A stretch of 62,608 nucleotides of DNA, filler included, from Folioceros fuciformis (GCA_049999805.1; 11 parts of 11 records of this genome joined end to end with filler, not necessarily neighbours in it); one strand, 5' to 3'. Positions 50,601 through 61,206 are shown, numbered from the whole stretch's first letter. The notes: generated by a model from the letters alone, not told the origin. A program made the numbers and translations.

Positions 50601-52447
50601 CCAGCCTGATCTGCTCGTTCTCTAATTTGTTCATGAAGCTGAATGCCCATCGCCAGCGCTGGTGAGCCTACACTTGCACATGCCTGAAGAAGGCACCCAA
50701 ACGTCACGAAATTGGGTACAGCAATGCCTTCTTCTAGCATAGCACTGTAGACACGAAGGGCTTCCTGGCCTCTGCCCCGCTGGGAATACCCAGCTATGAG
50801 CACCGTCCATGTCACTACATCTTTTTGATGAAGTCCATCAAACACACTGTGAGCATCTTCCAAGCTGCCACACTTCGCATACATGTTTACCAAACTGTTG
50901 GCTACTTGCACGTGAGCTTGATGTCCTCGTTCTTTGATTTGTACATGAAGCTGCTTTCCCTCCTCCAACGCTGGGGTCCCCACACTTGCACATGCCTGCA
51001 AGAGGCACACAAATGTCACGGGATCAGGTACAGTCATGCCTTCTACTTGCATAACACTGTACAGACGAAGGGCTTCCTGGGGCATGCCCTGCTGGGAATA
51101 CCCTGCAATTAGAGCTGTCCACGCCACCACATCTTTTTGGCTAAGTCCCTCGAACACTCTCTGGGCATCCTCCAGGCTGCCACATTTTGCATACATGTTT
51201 ACCAAACTGTTAGCCACATACACATCAACTTGGTGTCCTTGCTCTCCAATCTCCACATGCAGTTGTTTCCCCTTGTCCAGAGCTAGGGTGCCCACACTTG
51301 CACATGCCTGCAGGAGGCACACGAATGTCACAGAATTGGGGGAGATGACGCCATCGTCTTGCATATCACTGTACAGACGAAGTGCCTCCTGTCCCATCCC
51401 CTGCTGGGCATACCCTGCTATCATGGTATTCCACGTCACCACATCTTTTTGACGAAGTCCATCAAACACACGCTTTCCATCCTCCAATCTCCCACACTTT
51501 GCATACATGTCCACCAGACCATTACAGACAATCAGATGAGGCTCATCCCCACTGGCCAACACATCTGCATGCACCTGCTGACCAGTTTTCAGATCTGATC
51601 CCCTTGCGCAAGCCTGCAGGGCTGCCACAAATACGTGGCCATCGGGCTTCGCACTGGACCTTTGCATCCGATTATACAATTTTATGGCTTCCTTGTCCTT
51701 CCCCAGTTTAACATGCGCAGAAATTATAGAAGACCACATAAAGGCATCTGGTTCAGCAATCAAGCTGAAAACATCCATTGCGTCGTGCAACCTCCCACGA
51801 GAGGCATACATCCGCAGAATGTGATTGCACAGAAACGTGTCCGACTCGTACCCTTGTTTCACCGTGAAAGCATGCACACGGCGACCAAGTGCGAGATCCT
51901 TCTTCACATCACACAACTTCAACACATAATAAAAGAGAGACTTCGAGACACAAACCTCTCTCCGCACCAGAACTCCCAGAGCATCAACAGCTTCATTGAC
52001 ACGGCCCTCGTCACATAGCCGGCTTACGATTTCACCAGTGACACCACTTTCATACCCTGCAGGCCGAGCATAGTCCGACTCATCCGACAAGCTCAAATCG
52101 GAATCGGCAGCACGACGCTCCATAGCCGCCAGCTGCGCATCCACCCACGGCGGCTTATGCACGCTGTTCAGCCAGAGCACCTCGTGCGACTCCCGATGCC
52201 GGAAATCAGGCGACCGGTCGCTCTTCTTGTCTTGCCTGTTATCCCACCAAAGCAAAGGATCCCGGAAAAACAGTCGCCACAAGAGCTCTTGTCGCTGTAA
52301 GATCCCCTGGCCGCGAGATCCATCTCCAGGCAGAGCTCTTGGACGAGCTGGCTTTCTCGCATAGCTGCGGCTCATCGCAGCTTGCTTCATTGAAGTTAGG
52401 TGAGCAGGGGCTCTTCCACCACCTGATAGCCGGCTCCGCACAGCCAT
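47651..52447 (-). CDS. PLS-class PPR protein (about 38 PPRs, E1/E2, WW-type PG box, no DYW catalytic core) with N-terminal OSB-type PDF motif
   Basis: Single 1598-aa ORF; R/S/A-rich N-terminus without acidic residues for 41 aa; LWRLFFRDPLLWWDNR..SPDFRHR..LWL..PPWV; 12 S-P-L triplets ending P2-L2-S2 (GITFLSVLKACSHVG, AEHYTCMVDLLGRAG); E1 IWHTLLGACR; E2 AAYVLMWNIY; KQPGQSWWTD..HSFVAGD. Confidence 0.95.
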   Translation of the reverse strand: MAVRSRLSGGGRAPAHLTSMKQAAMSRSYARKPARPRALPGDGSRGQGILQRQELLWRLFFRDPLLWWDNRQDKKSDRSPDFRHRESHEVLWLNSVHKPPWVDAQLAAMERRAADSDLSLSDESDYARPAGYESGVTGEIVSRLCDEGRVNEAVDALGVLVRREVCVSKSLFYYVLKLCDVKKDLALGRRVHAFTVKQGYESDTFLCNHILRMYASRGRLHDAMDVFSLIAEPDAFMWSSIISAHVKLGKDKEAIKLYNRMQRSSAKPDGHVFVAALQACARGSDLKTGQQVHADVLASGDEPHLIVCNGLVDMYAKCGRLEDGKRVFDGLRQKDVVTWNTMIAGYAQQGMGQEALRLYSDMQDDGVISPNSVTFVCLLQACASVGTLALDKGKQLHVEIGEQGHQVDVYVANSLVNMYAKCGSLEDAQRVFEGLSQKDVVAWTALIAGYSQQGMPQEALRLYSVMQVEGMTVPDPVTFVCLLQACASVGTPALEEGKQLHVQIKERGHQAHVQVANSLVNMYAKCGSLEDAHSVFDGLHQKDVVTWTVLIAGYSQRGRGQEALRVYSAMLEEGIAVPNFVTFGCLLQACASVGSPALAMGIQLHEQIRERADQAGSFVATSLVNMYAKCGSLEDAQIVFTQLREKDVVTWNAMIAAYTQQGMGQEAFQLHHAMQEEGIVVPNSVTFVYLLQACASVGTRALEKGKQLHAQVREQGLQPDGFIGNSLVNMYAKCGSLEDAQRLFDGLEHKDVVTWTALIGGYSQHGMFHDALHLYDAMQDEGTALPNAVTFVCLLQACASVGTMALEKGKQLHRQLNDQAHQVDGFVASSLVNMYVKCGSIEDAQRVFDGLGQKDVVTWNSLIAGYSQKGMGEEALRVYSDMQEVGIAEPNSVTFVCLLQACAVVGTSALEKGMELRMQIEEQGIQADVFVANSLVNMYAKCGSLEDAQRVFDDLGRKDVVTWNAMIAGYSQQGMGQEALRLYSAMQGEANTVPNSVTYSCLLQACASVGSSSLEKGRQLHVQIKEQGHQADLFVANSLIHMYAKCGGLEDAQTVFDELSQKDVVTWNAMIGAYSQQGMGLKALCLYSAMQEEGISVPDSVTFACLLQACASVGSPALESGKQFHAQIREGGHQADVFVASNLINMYAKCGSLGDARGVFDELGKKDLVMWNTMIAGYSQQGMCQEALSLYSAMQECPRTVADTVTFGCLLQACASMGTLGLDKGKQLHSQIKERGHEADAFVASSLVSMYAKCGSLDNAERVFDMLLEKNVVIWTAMIQGYSEQGMGQEALRLYSAMQDDGLSVPDAVTFVCLLQACASVAALHIGRQLHAQIEEQGLQADVFVASSLVNMYGKCGSMADAQQVFDSLPERSVFAWSALIGGYTCQGDDEVVFDLFHRMIEAGIQPDGITFLSVLKACSHVGVVDKGKSYFELMTRQYEITPMAEHYTCMVDLLGRAGQLDEALAWVERMHVPPNADIWHTLLGACRKWNNVQVGCRAFNEAVKLDKKDAAAYVLMWNIYTGARMWEQARETQTRRKRIRAWKQPGQSWWTDTDGLLHSFVAGDKEHRGDDERTSNQIRSDAFLVQNGEFESHQDFG

Positions 52448-53185
52448 GAGCTCGCAGGAGCAAGAGCAACCGCCCGGACCTCCTCATATCCAGATCTGGT
52501 GCTTGCCTCAGCTTGCTTCCCTGACTGATCCACAAGCACATACTCCTTCAAACCTCCACTTCTTTCTCGTCTGGAGGCATGGCTGGCATCATAGGAGCTT
52601 CCAGAACCAGCTCCCTTTACACGTCCAGTAGAACGCAACATTTCGAGTGTCTCCTCAAGCGGCCTTCCTCATCAGTGTCATAAAAACGCCGGGTGAACAA
52701 ACATCCGCAGAGAAGCAACTCCAGTAAGCATTTGGATACATTACATCCACCTCCCTCGGACGGAAATCGGAAATACAGCATGCAAGGAGACGGAAAAACA
52801 GCATGACGAAGGTGCCACTGAAGGAGGATCGGACACAGTGAAGCATCCAAAATGCAAACAGTCCATTTTCCTCATCCTTCATGTCCTTCATTCTTCCTTT
52901 CCTTCCTTCTTCTCGGTTATGCAGAATTCTGCTGTTCAGCACACCAAAATGTTCCGAGGCAACATTCCTTACAATCCTACAACATCTCTCTGAACATAGT
53001 TCTATGTATTTATTGATATTTTATTCCACACTACAAAACTGGAGCCAGATCAAACCTGCAGTCCCGAACTCCCTGTCACCAACACTCCACGAAATCCTCT
53101 CCTCCCTTCCTCTTCCACCACAAACACTCGTAACAAAATCCCTTACTTTACTTCAACATCATGAACATCACATACAATTTCTAAT

Positions 53186-53668
53186 TCAAACTCTTACAGA
53201 AAAAACATATCCAATATGACAATCTGCAACTCGGTAATCAGCTGCAGCGGATGGGACACAAACATTTAGAAGTCTTTCACTCGCAAAATTGAGGCAAGAA
53301 CGGCATTGATGGCTTTCAGTCATCGTGGGTGATTTTCCAGCCACACAACTAGCAGTGACTTTCAAGTGATTAGGACCGTTATAAATGGGAAGATCATAGA
53401 CAAGAACATAGGGATGATTGCTTGCAAATCGTTTGCTAACTTCTACCATTGTTTCTTGTATCTTAAGATTTAATGTCTCTAAGATGGAATTAGGAAAGAC
53501 ATCTCCACTACAATCACAGGAAACAAAAGTGATATCTGGAGAAACTTCAGACTTTCCTTGTCCTGGCAGTCCTGTCCATGGAAAGGTACTTTCATCTCCA
53601 CCACTCAAAACAACTTGAACTCCCACAATTAGGTATAATGCAGCACAAAGACTGAGGACATGGAAAGT
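53186..53668 (-). CDS. Secreted cysteine-rich single DUF26/Gnk2-like protein, start lost in the spacer
   Basis: In-frame hydrophobic FHVLSLCAALYLIVGVQVVLS, then TFVSCDCS and SC-x13-CRSCLNFASERLLNVC..DCHIGY, resembling the Gnk2 C-terminal half. Confidence 0.55.
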   Translation of the reverse strand, partial: TFHVLSLCAALYLIVGVQVVLSGGDESTFPWTGLPGQGKSEVSPDITFVSCDCSGDVFPNSILETLNLKIQETMVEVSKRFASNHPYVLVYDLPIYNGPNHLKVTASCVAGKSPTMTESHQCRSCLNFASERLLNVCVPSAAADYRVADCHIGYVFSVRV

Positions 53669-53768
53669 NNNNNNNNNNNNNNNNNNNNNNNNNNNNNNNN
53701 NNNNNNNNNNNNTTAATTAATTAANNNNNNNNNNNNNNNNNNNNNNNNNNNNNNNNNNNNNNNNNNNN

Positions 53769-56217
53769 CAGGCCCAGGCCCAGGCCCAGGCCCAGGCCCA
53801 GGCCCAGGCCCAGGCCCAGGCCAGGGCTCCGGAGTCCCGGCTGGTGCAGGATGCAGGATATGCAGGATGCAGGTGCAGGGACGGCGACACCAGACATAGA
53901 GCGACAGCGACAGGCCAAAAAGGGACAAGGACAGGGACAGGCAGCCTTGCCTTGCCTTGCCTGCCTTTCTCATCATCATGGCAACCAGTGGCCACACCAC
54001 TCCTCCACTCTCTCTCTTCTACTCTCTCTCTAATCCTCTCCACTCTCCCCCACTCCTTCCACCTCTCCTCCCCTCTCGGCGGTGGCTGCGTTCCTGGCTC
54101 TGCCTCATGGGCTGGCCTGGCATGGCCTGGCCTGGCCTGGCCCGGCTCACGCTCCACTCCACCTTCGCTTTAATGATGAATCGCATTCAGCCATGATTGG
54201 CGGGATGCGGGGTGGGCCCCACCGCAATCCCGCCTCGTGCACCCGCCTCTATCTGTCTATATATATTTATAATGTATGTATGTATGTATAAAACAGCGGA
54301 AAGTAAGCACATACTACTAGTAGTACAGCACGTACAGGATGCCCAGCCCATGCATCATCTCATGTACATAGCATAGCATATACATAATGCGAAGCTTGGG
54401 CTCGCAACTTGGCTGCTGTTGCTGTTGCTGTTGGGGGGGTTGTGCTGCTGCTGCTGCTGCTCCCGCTGCGGCTGCGGCTGCGGGTGGCACATGGAGGGTG
54501 ATACCAGTCACGCCACTCATTATTGTTATTTAATAAGTCATGATGACGGTCATCATCATGATAGCGATGTTGCCCACCTCTGTCTCTCTCTCGTGTGGAA
54601 TTCCACCTATCCACCACGTAGGTGCAGGGCAGGCAGCACTGCACCACACTACACTACACTACGCTATGTATGTAGGCAACAAGAGCCACAAGGCCCTGCC
54701 AGGCCACGCCACGCCACGCCACGCCTCGCCTCGCCTCGCCTCGCCTCTCCTGGCCTGACCTGGCCGTGGAATGTTGGAAAATGATAATCATAGAAACGCG
54801 TGCAAGACTCAAGGTCCCCAGGGGGCGTTGGGAACCTTGTACAAGCACAGCACAGCCTCTGCGCCTCCGCCAATAATAATGATTATTAAAAAAACAGGAA
54901 AGAACAAAACAGGACCTGAAGGGGCGTAGCGTGGGAGGAGAAAAAGGAAAAAAAAGGAAGGCTGGAAGGTCGGGGAGTCGCATCCCGTCGCATCCCGTCG
55001 CGTCGGCACAAGAATGTGAGATACGGCGGGATACGCGGGATCCGCCTTCCACAAAGAAGCACAGTAGGCAGCAGCAGCAGCAGCAGCAGGAGAAGAAGAG
55101 AACACAAGACAACACAACAGAGCAGTGCAGTGCAGTGCAGCCGGCACAGGCGTTTCCTCCAGCCAGCCAGCCAGCTTGAATCCCTTCCTTCCTTCCTTGC
55201 ACCACAATCTCCGTCCAATCCACGAATCCAATCCGCCCCGGCCCCGGCACCGGCCCCGGCCCCGGCCCCGGCCCCGGGCTCTGTCAAGCGCATAACGTGC
55301 ACCGCAAGCCACTGCGTCTTGTCTCCACTCCTCGTCTTTGCATTGCATTCCCTATAAGATAATATAATATATGCATATCTGACTGAGGATGGGGCCCGGC
55401 CGGCCGGCCTGACTCCACTCCCCGAGCTCACCTCTCACCACCACCGCCTCCTACCGTATTGTATGCTATGACAACACGGTGCACACCACACGACACGCAC
55501 ACGAGACAGCAGACGAGGCGTGACCGCCATTTCGTCATGACATGACACGCATGGTATCCCTCCCCGCATTAGCGCCAAATCTGACCACGTCACTGTCAGC
55601 GGGTGAGTCATGTTAAAAAAACAGGGCGGAGGCTGTCAAGTCAGTGCAGTGCCACCAAGCACTCCTCACCCGCCCGCCGCTTATGACTCTGCACAGAGAG
55701 ACACATGGTGACACTTGTGATTTTTTACACATGTGGTTGTACACTTGACCGCATCTGGTAGACCAATTTAGGGTTGAGGCCACAACGTCGAGAATACCTC
55801 CTGATGATAAGTTTCACAAGTGAGAGAAGCTGCCAGCCATGTCACCATGGCATGACCTCGCAGTGTACTGTACAAGGGGGTTTACACGCACACCACCCAA
55901 TCCCGTCTCTCCATTTCCTTCCTGCACAGGCTGGTCATCACCACCACCCTAGTGTAAACCCGGCCTAAGACTGGGCCAAAAGTGTATTGGCAATAGACAC
56001 CAAAGCCAAGCCTAGCCAAGCCAAGCCAAGCCAATCCGTGGACCCTGGACACTGCTTGCATCTTCTCCTCACCATTGCATCACCTAGCCTTGTTTCTTCC
56101 CATCATGGCATGCATGCTCTGATCCGCCTGCTCCTGCTCCGACTCCTACTCCTACTCCTGCGCCTGCAACTCACCTCCTGCCTCTGTCCGTCCGTCCTTC
56201 CTCCCTCCCTTCCTTCT

Positions 56218-56254
<37 letters not shown>

Positions 56255-57000
56255 GTAAGCAGATCACACGTATTCCGCGGCCCTACCACGTCATGGACGA
56301 GACTGCATCTGGTACTGGTACCTTTACCAGTACACGTCGTCGCACTGGATCGCAATCTCGTCGCACTGCATCACTGCCTCCATCTCCCGCTCCACTGCCA
56401 AATCACCGAACATCAATCAAGACTTCGTCTTATCCGACCGGTAAAGCCTCAAGTCTCGTCGAGTCGCGTCCTCGCCTCGCCTCCTTGTGTAACGCCTGCC
56501 TGCCAATTGGAAACTGCTCTTGGATCGCAACTCAGCTCAGCGCATCGCACCGCAGCTTCTACACCAACTTCCTTCCCTTGGCCGGCGCCGGCGCCGGCGG
56601 ACATGAACCGAACAACAAAAAACGAGACAACCAATAGAAACAAAGGAAGAAGAGAAAGCAAGCGTGGGTAGGTAGAACTGTAGCTACTGTACATGCAACG
56701 TAACATCGACGCCCGCTGCTGTCACCAAGTGGCTTGTACATGGCACGTAGACGCAGACGCAGGGCAAGGCAGTGCAGGGCAGTGCAGTGCAGGGGCAGGC
56801 CACCACTAAACCAATTCCAATACATTACTCATGTCACATGTCTGTCTTTGCTTTTCCTTTGTTGCTCCTCGTCTTTCACATTTTCCTGCAGATGCATGCA
56901 CCCGTGCATGCGCCATCGCCTGCGCTACGGAGCAAGCCTCCTGCATTTCCTCTGGCCTGGCCGGCGTGCCATGGAATCATGCAGCACGACGTGAGCCCTC
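53769..57000. repeat. Microsatellite-rich intergenic region
   Basis: (CAGGCC)n at 53769-53825; (GCCTT)n, (GGCCT)n, (GCCAC)n, (GCCTC)n, (GCAGT)n, (GCCCCG)n; (CAG)12 at 56218-56253. Confidence 0.85.
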
Positions 57001-57571
57001 CGCTCCGCTCCTCTCCGTTCCGTTTGAAGCACAACCCCATGCACCAACATGTAGGCATAAGGGTGAATGATGAATGATGTGGAGGGTGCAAGAGCTTTCC
57101 TTCAATATGATATGATTACATGAGACTCAAGAATCTTAAATATTTGATGGGATCTATAGATCTTGATTTCCGACTCATCTTATTTCGTCATAGCCTAAGC
57201 AAGAAGTGGATTGAGATTATTGAATAAGTGAACTTATAAGATGTGCTTGGACCACCTTGAATTATGTTTGGTTCAATTGATGCTTAAGTTAAAAATGGAT
57301 TCACATTAGTACAAAAGTTTTTTGTTTGTAGAGATACCTTAGTTATATCTGGATAAGAATGCTCCTCATGGTGGCGGACTCTAAGCTTTATTTACAACTA
57401 GTTAACTTACATATTTAAGATTAAACTTTCATAATTATTTAGCTTGATATATATGGAGTTATGCAGTTATAAATATATGCACAAATTAGCATTTCTCATT
57501 GAATGTGATGAATACATTTTTTAGTCACTACATGTGTTTTTGTCATCTTAGCCTAAAATCATGCGTCTTTT

Positions 57572-57784
57572 CACTATCTGGTCTTAGGTTCAATGTGATC
57601 TTGGGTTCAATACCCAAGGTTCAATGTGATTTTGGGTTCAATACCCAAGGTTCAATGTGATTCACTATTTGGTCTTAGGTTCAATGTGATTTTGGGTTCA
57701 ATACCCAAGGTTTAATGTGATATTAGGTTCAATACCCAAGGTTCAATGTGATTCACTATTTGGTCTTAGGTTGAATGTGATCTT
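57572..57784. repeat. Tandem repeat, 91-bp higher-order unit built from 31-bp subunits
   Basis: Units start at 57572, 57663 and 57754; subunit ggttcaatgtgattttgggttcaatacccaa; runs into the gap. Confidence 0.9.
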
Positions 57785-58276
57785 NNNNNNNNNNNNNNNN
57801 NNNNNNNNNNNNNNNNNNNNNNNNNNNNTTAATTAATTAANNNNNNNNNNNNNNNNNNNNNNNNNNNNNNNNNNNNNNNNNNNNCTATATATTGATCTCT
57901 CACCTCTTTTTCCTCAATAGAATATAGATGATATAAAAACTATATCAAGGGTTAGTATCTTCATCTTCTATATAAAGCATTAGTTATTTCCTTTCCATCT
58001 TTTAAATTAAAATATACAGTTTGAAACCTAACATGGCCTAAGGTTTTTCAAATATGAAAACTATTTGATCCTAAAAGATGTATGTTTTCATTTATTTTTA
58101 GTTATCTTTGATTATATTTTACGATGTATCTATGTTTGTCTCATTAATTGAATAAGTTTTAAAGTGTCAAGATCACTTTAGTTGTGTGACAATGAGGACA
58201 AACCATGATTCTCCAAGGAGGTAGAAAATCCGTTGCACACGTTGATGGTAAGTTATTTCTCTCTTCTCCAAGAATA

Positions 58277-58432
58277 TTCTAAAATCCAATTTAGGAGGTG
58301 GCAGTTTGTTGTGTGCCTGCTCAGAAGGGATGTTCTAAAATCCAATTTAGGAGGTGGTAGTTTGTTGTGTGCCTACTCTAAGGGATGTTCTAAAATCCAA
58401 ATTAGAAGGTGGTAGTTTGTTGTATGCCTGCT
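58277..58432. repeat. Tandem repeat, 55-56 bp x about 2.8
   Basis: ttctaaaatccaatttaggaggtggYagtttgttgtgtgcct starts at 58277, 58333 and 58388. Confidence 0.9.
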
Positions 58433-58499
58433 TGGTGGTTGTGGGATCTTGTTCCAAGGTACTCTTTATAGACTGGAGCATCACATTTGTACTTTTTTT

Positions 58500-59877
58500 T
58501 CTTTCATATAATTGAATGAATGTGGAGGCATGTGCAAATGCCTCGGTGTGAAGATGTCCATAGAGAAAGCCTTGAATTGAGGACATGAAAGATAACGAAG
58601 TCCTCCAGGTGCGCCCAAAACTGTAAGGCAGCTACACTTGGGAAAGATACTTCCACAAACTGACACGGCAGAGCTTGAGCGCAGCAATTGCCGAGGTATT
58701 GCCCACCACAAGTAACTGCTGCAAAGTTTAAACCCGTATGGAGATATGTAAAGGCTCTTGTAATCGGCCCATCGCTGGGGAAAAGACTCCTCTTATACAG
58801 GGGACAACCAGTCCACCTTTCACGTTTGACAGCCAAGTTGGCCTACATCCAGTGAAGATCAACTGAGAGAGCTTCACAAACAAGTACACATCCAGTAGTT
58901 TCAGATCCATATTGCCGATTCGTTGCGTTAGAAAGGCAAGGAACGTACTCCATTATTTCGTACGTTGTAGCATAGGAGCCTGGCTCACCACCAAGGAAGG
59001 CCCACAGCAGCCCCCACCTATATCGTCTTGAACGAAGGACCTAAGGCTGGGATCAAATCAGTTCGTGCTAGAGTAATTCCAGATGCCTTCTCGCGGTTGG
59101 GAAACTGTGCTCAGAGTTCTCTCCAGCCACGAAATTCCCCCTCTTGCAGACTGCACATGTTGTTCACTTCAAGAAGCAGCATACATATCGAGAGTAACTT
59201 CTAGTATTGAGGAGAGGTGCTTCCTGTGCTGAGCATGGTCGAACTATGCTGGCTGTAGGTAACGCCTCACAAACGACTGCATCGCTGAATATCACGCAAG
59301 TTGTAGCAGCTTCTGCCAATAGGAGGCATCTGACAACCTTGCTCCAGAAGGTTTGGCCCAGAAAAAGGACTGCCTGATCACATGGAAACACGTACAAATG
59401 ACCTTTCGGACAAAAAACGGCCAGCGCTATGCGTACAGACTTTTTGAAAGCTGGTACATAAAAGCTTACCTCGGAGCACATACATACATAGCTGATGAAA
59501 GATAGGGAGGGTGAAGATGAGCCCCCCTTTGTACGACTGTTCAGGCACGAATAGAGAAGGGCCTCGTCTTGCCCACCCAACCTGTTACATTACAAGCAAA
59601 CGACTGGTCGAGGTACCACTCTGAAATAAGAGAGGCAGCACCGGAACCTTCCCGCTGCACTGCTCCGTATCCCGTCCCTAGAGCCCAGTGATGGAGCAAA
59701 GAGGTCCCTGACTCCCCAGACCTGTTGGCGCGCGCTCCTCCTCCAGCACAAAGGAAACAGGCCGTGCACTTTCTTCTCATCCTCCATCTCGGCAGAACGC
59801 CCCACACTGACGTCATCAGTCAAGGCTGTCACAGCTCCGGCAGGACAAGCAGCCTCCGATGTCGTCCTCCGGCCCAT
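58500..59877 (-). pseudogene. Possible heavily degraded F-box/LRR-type gene
   Basis: Fragments AVTALTDDV..FPLCWRR (F-box-like), IGRSCYNLRDI and MDLKLLDVYLFVKLSQLIFTGC (LRR-like) in shifting frames with many stops. Confidence 0.25.
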
Positions 59878-60417
59878 TCCCGCGCCCGAAAAAGACGCAC
59901 CGAGTTCCTAGGGTTTGTCAAGGGATCCCGTACGATACGAAACGAAACGACGTGGGGAAGCCATGTCGGATGGCAGGGGGCCTCCTCGCACCCCCGAACG
60001 CAACCCTTGGACAGGCGAGTGGGAGTCAGGACTCTCTTCTGCCACATTCTCGCCCTCCCAGATCGCCCCGGCTGCCCCTCCCAGGTACTCCACTCCCCGT
60101 CGGATCCCTGCCACTTCACGACTGCACGCATCCCTCACGCATGAGCCACCGGTGAGAGTGTGCACAGACAGCCATCTGCACCAGCATTCCATCTCCAGCA
60201 TTTAGCACTCCGCATCGTTACCTTTGGCAGGGTAGCATGTGGCACGTGCAGTCGGAGCGACAACGAGCTAAGGAGAACGCACTGATCAAGTTAGGCTTTG
60301 TGGACAGGCTCCCCAACNNNNNNNNNNNNNNNNNNNNNNNNNNNNNNNNNNNNNNNNNNNNTTAATTAATTAANNNNNNNNNNNNNNNNNNNNNNNNNNN
60401 NNNNNNNNNNNNNNNNN

Positions 60418-61206
60418 CCATTACCTGGAATAGTAAGAAGCAACCCACGGTGGCCATATCGACAATTGAAGCTGAGTACATGGCATCCACACAAGCCACC
60501 AAGGAGGCCGTATGGTTGAGAAAGCTCATGGAGGAGATTGGTTATGAACAATTGCATCCGACCACTCTTAGGAGCGATAGTCAAGGAAGCATGGCCTTGA
60601 TCAAGAATCCAGTGCATCATGCAAGGACAAAGCATATTGACATTCAACATCACTTTGTACGTGAGAAGGTGATGTTATTGGAGGTTACCTTTGAATATTG
60701 CAACACTGAGGAAATGGCTGCAGATTTCTTAACCAACGCAGTGAGTAAGTTCAAGTTTGATAAATGCAGGGGACTACTTGGACTCAAGCAAACTCAAGTG
60801 TGCTGAGTGGGAGTGTTGAGCATGATTAATGTTGAGATTAATTAGTGCTAATCCAGCTTATTGAGTTTGTACTAATTAGTGGTAAGAGTGATTAAGGTTA
60901 TGATTAATATATATAGCTTATTAGACTTTGTTATGTTAGGCAAAAAGGTATTGTAGGGTTTGGGGTCATTTATCCCATATTGGGCACGAAATGAGAGTGC
61001 CACCCATAGGTCCATAAATGAAGGGATGAACCCACCTAGTATTTGTAGTCTAACTCCCTCTTCACTTGTATTATGTTTTTTTGGTAATTCTCCTTTTATT
61101 TGAGTTTAAGAGCCTTGTTATAGTGCTCTTATTTTGGGATTTTGCATCTTGCTTCAACTAACTTGTTTTAACCTCTTTTGAGCATGGCAGGGGTGACATC
61201 TCAACA
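60418..61206 (+). mobile_element. Ty1/Copia LTR retrotransposon 3' end (RNase H, PPT, 3' LTR)
   Basis: WNSKKQPTVAISTIEAEYMA..DSQGSMALIKNPVHHARTKHIDIQHHFVRE..MAADFLT; PPT gagtgggag at 60805-60813; LTR starts TGTTG at 60814; LTR end uncertain (about 61172 or CAACA at 61206). Confidence 0.9.

Noticed and set aside
48068-52018. Periodic plus-strand ORFs inside the PPR gene
   Set aside because: Antisense by-products of the 312-bp PPR triplet repeat.
56755-56800. Resemblance to the miR408 complement (cagggcaaggcagtgca)
   Set aside because: Part of a (GCAGT/GCAGG)n simple repeat with no hairpin partner.
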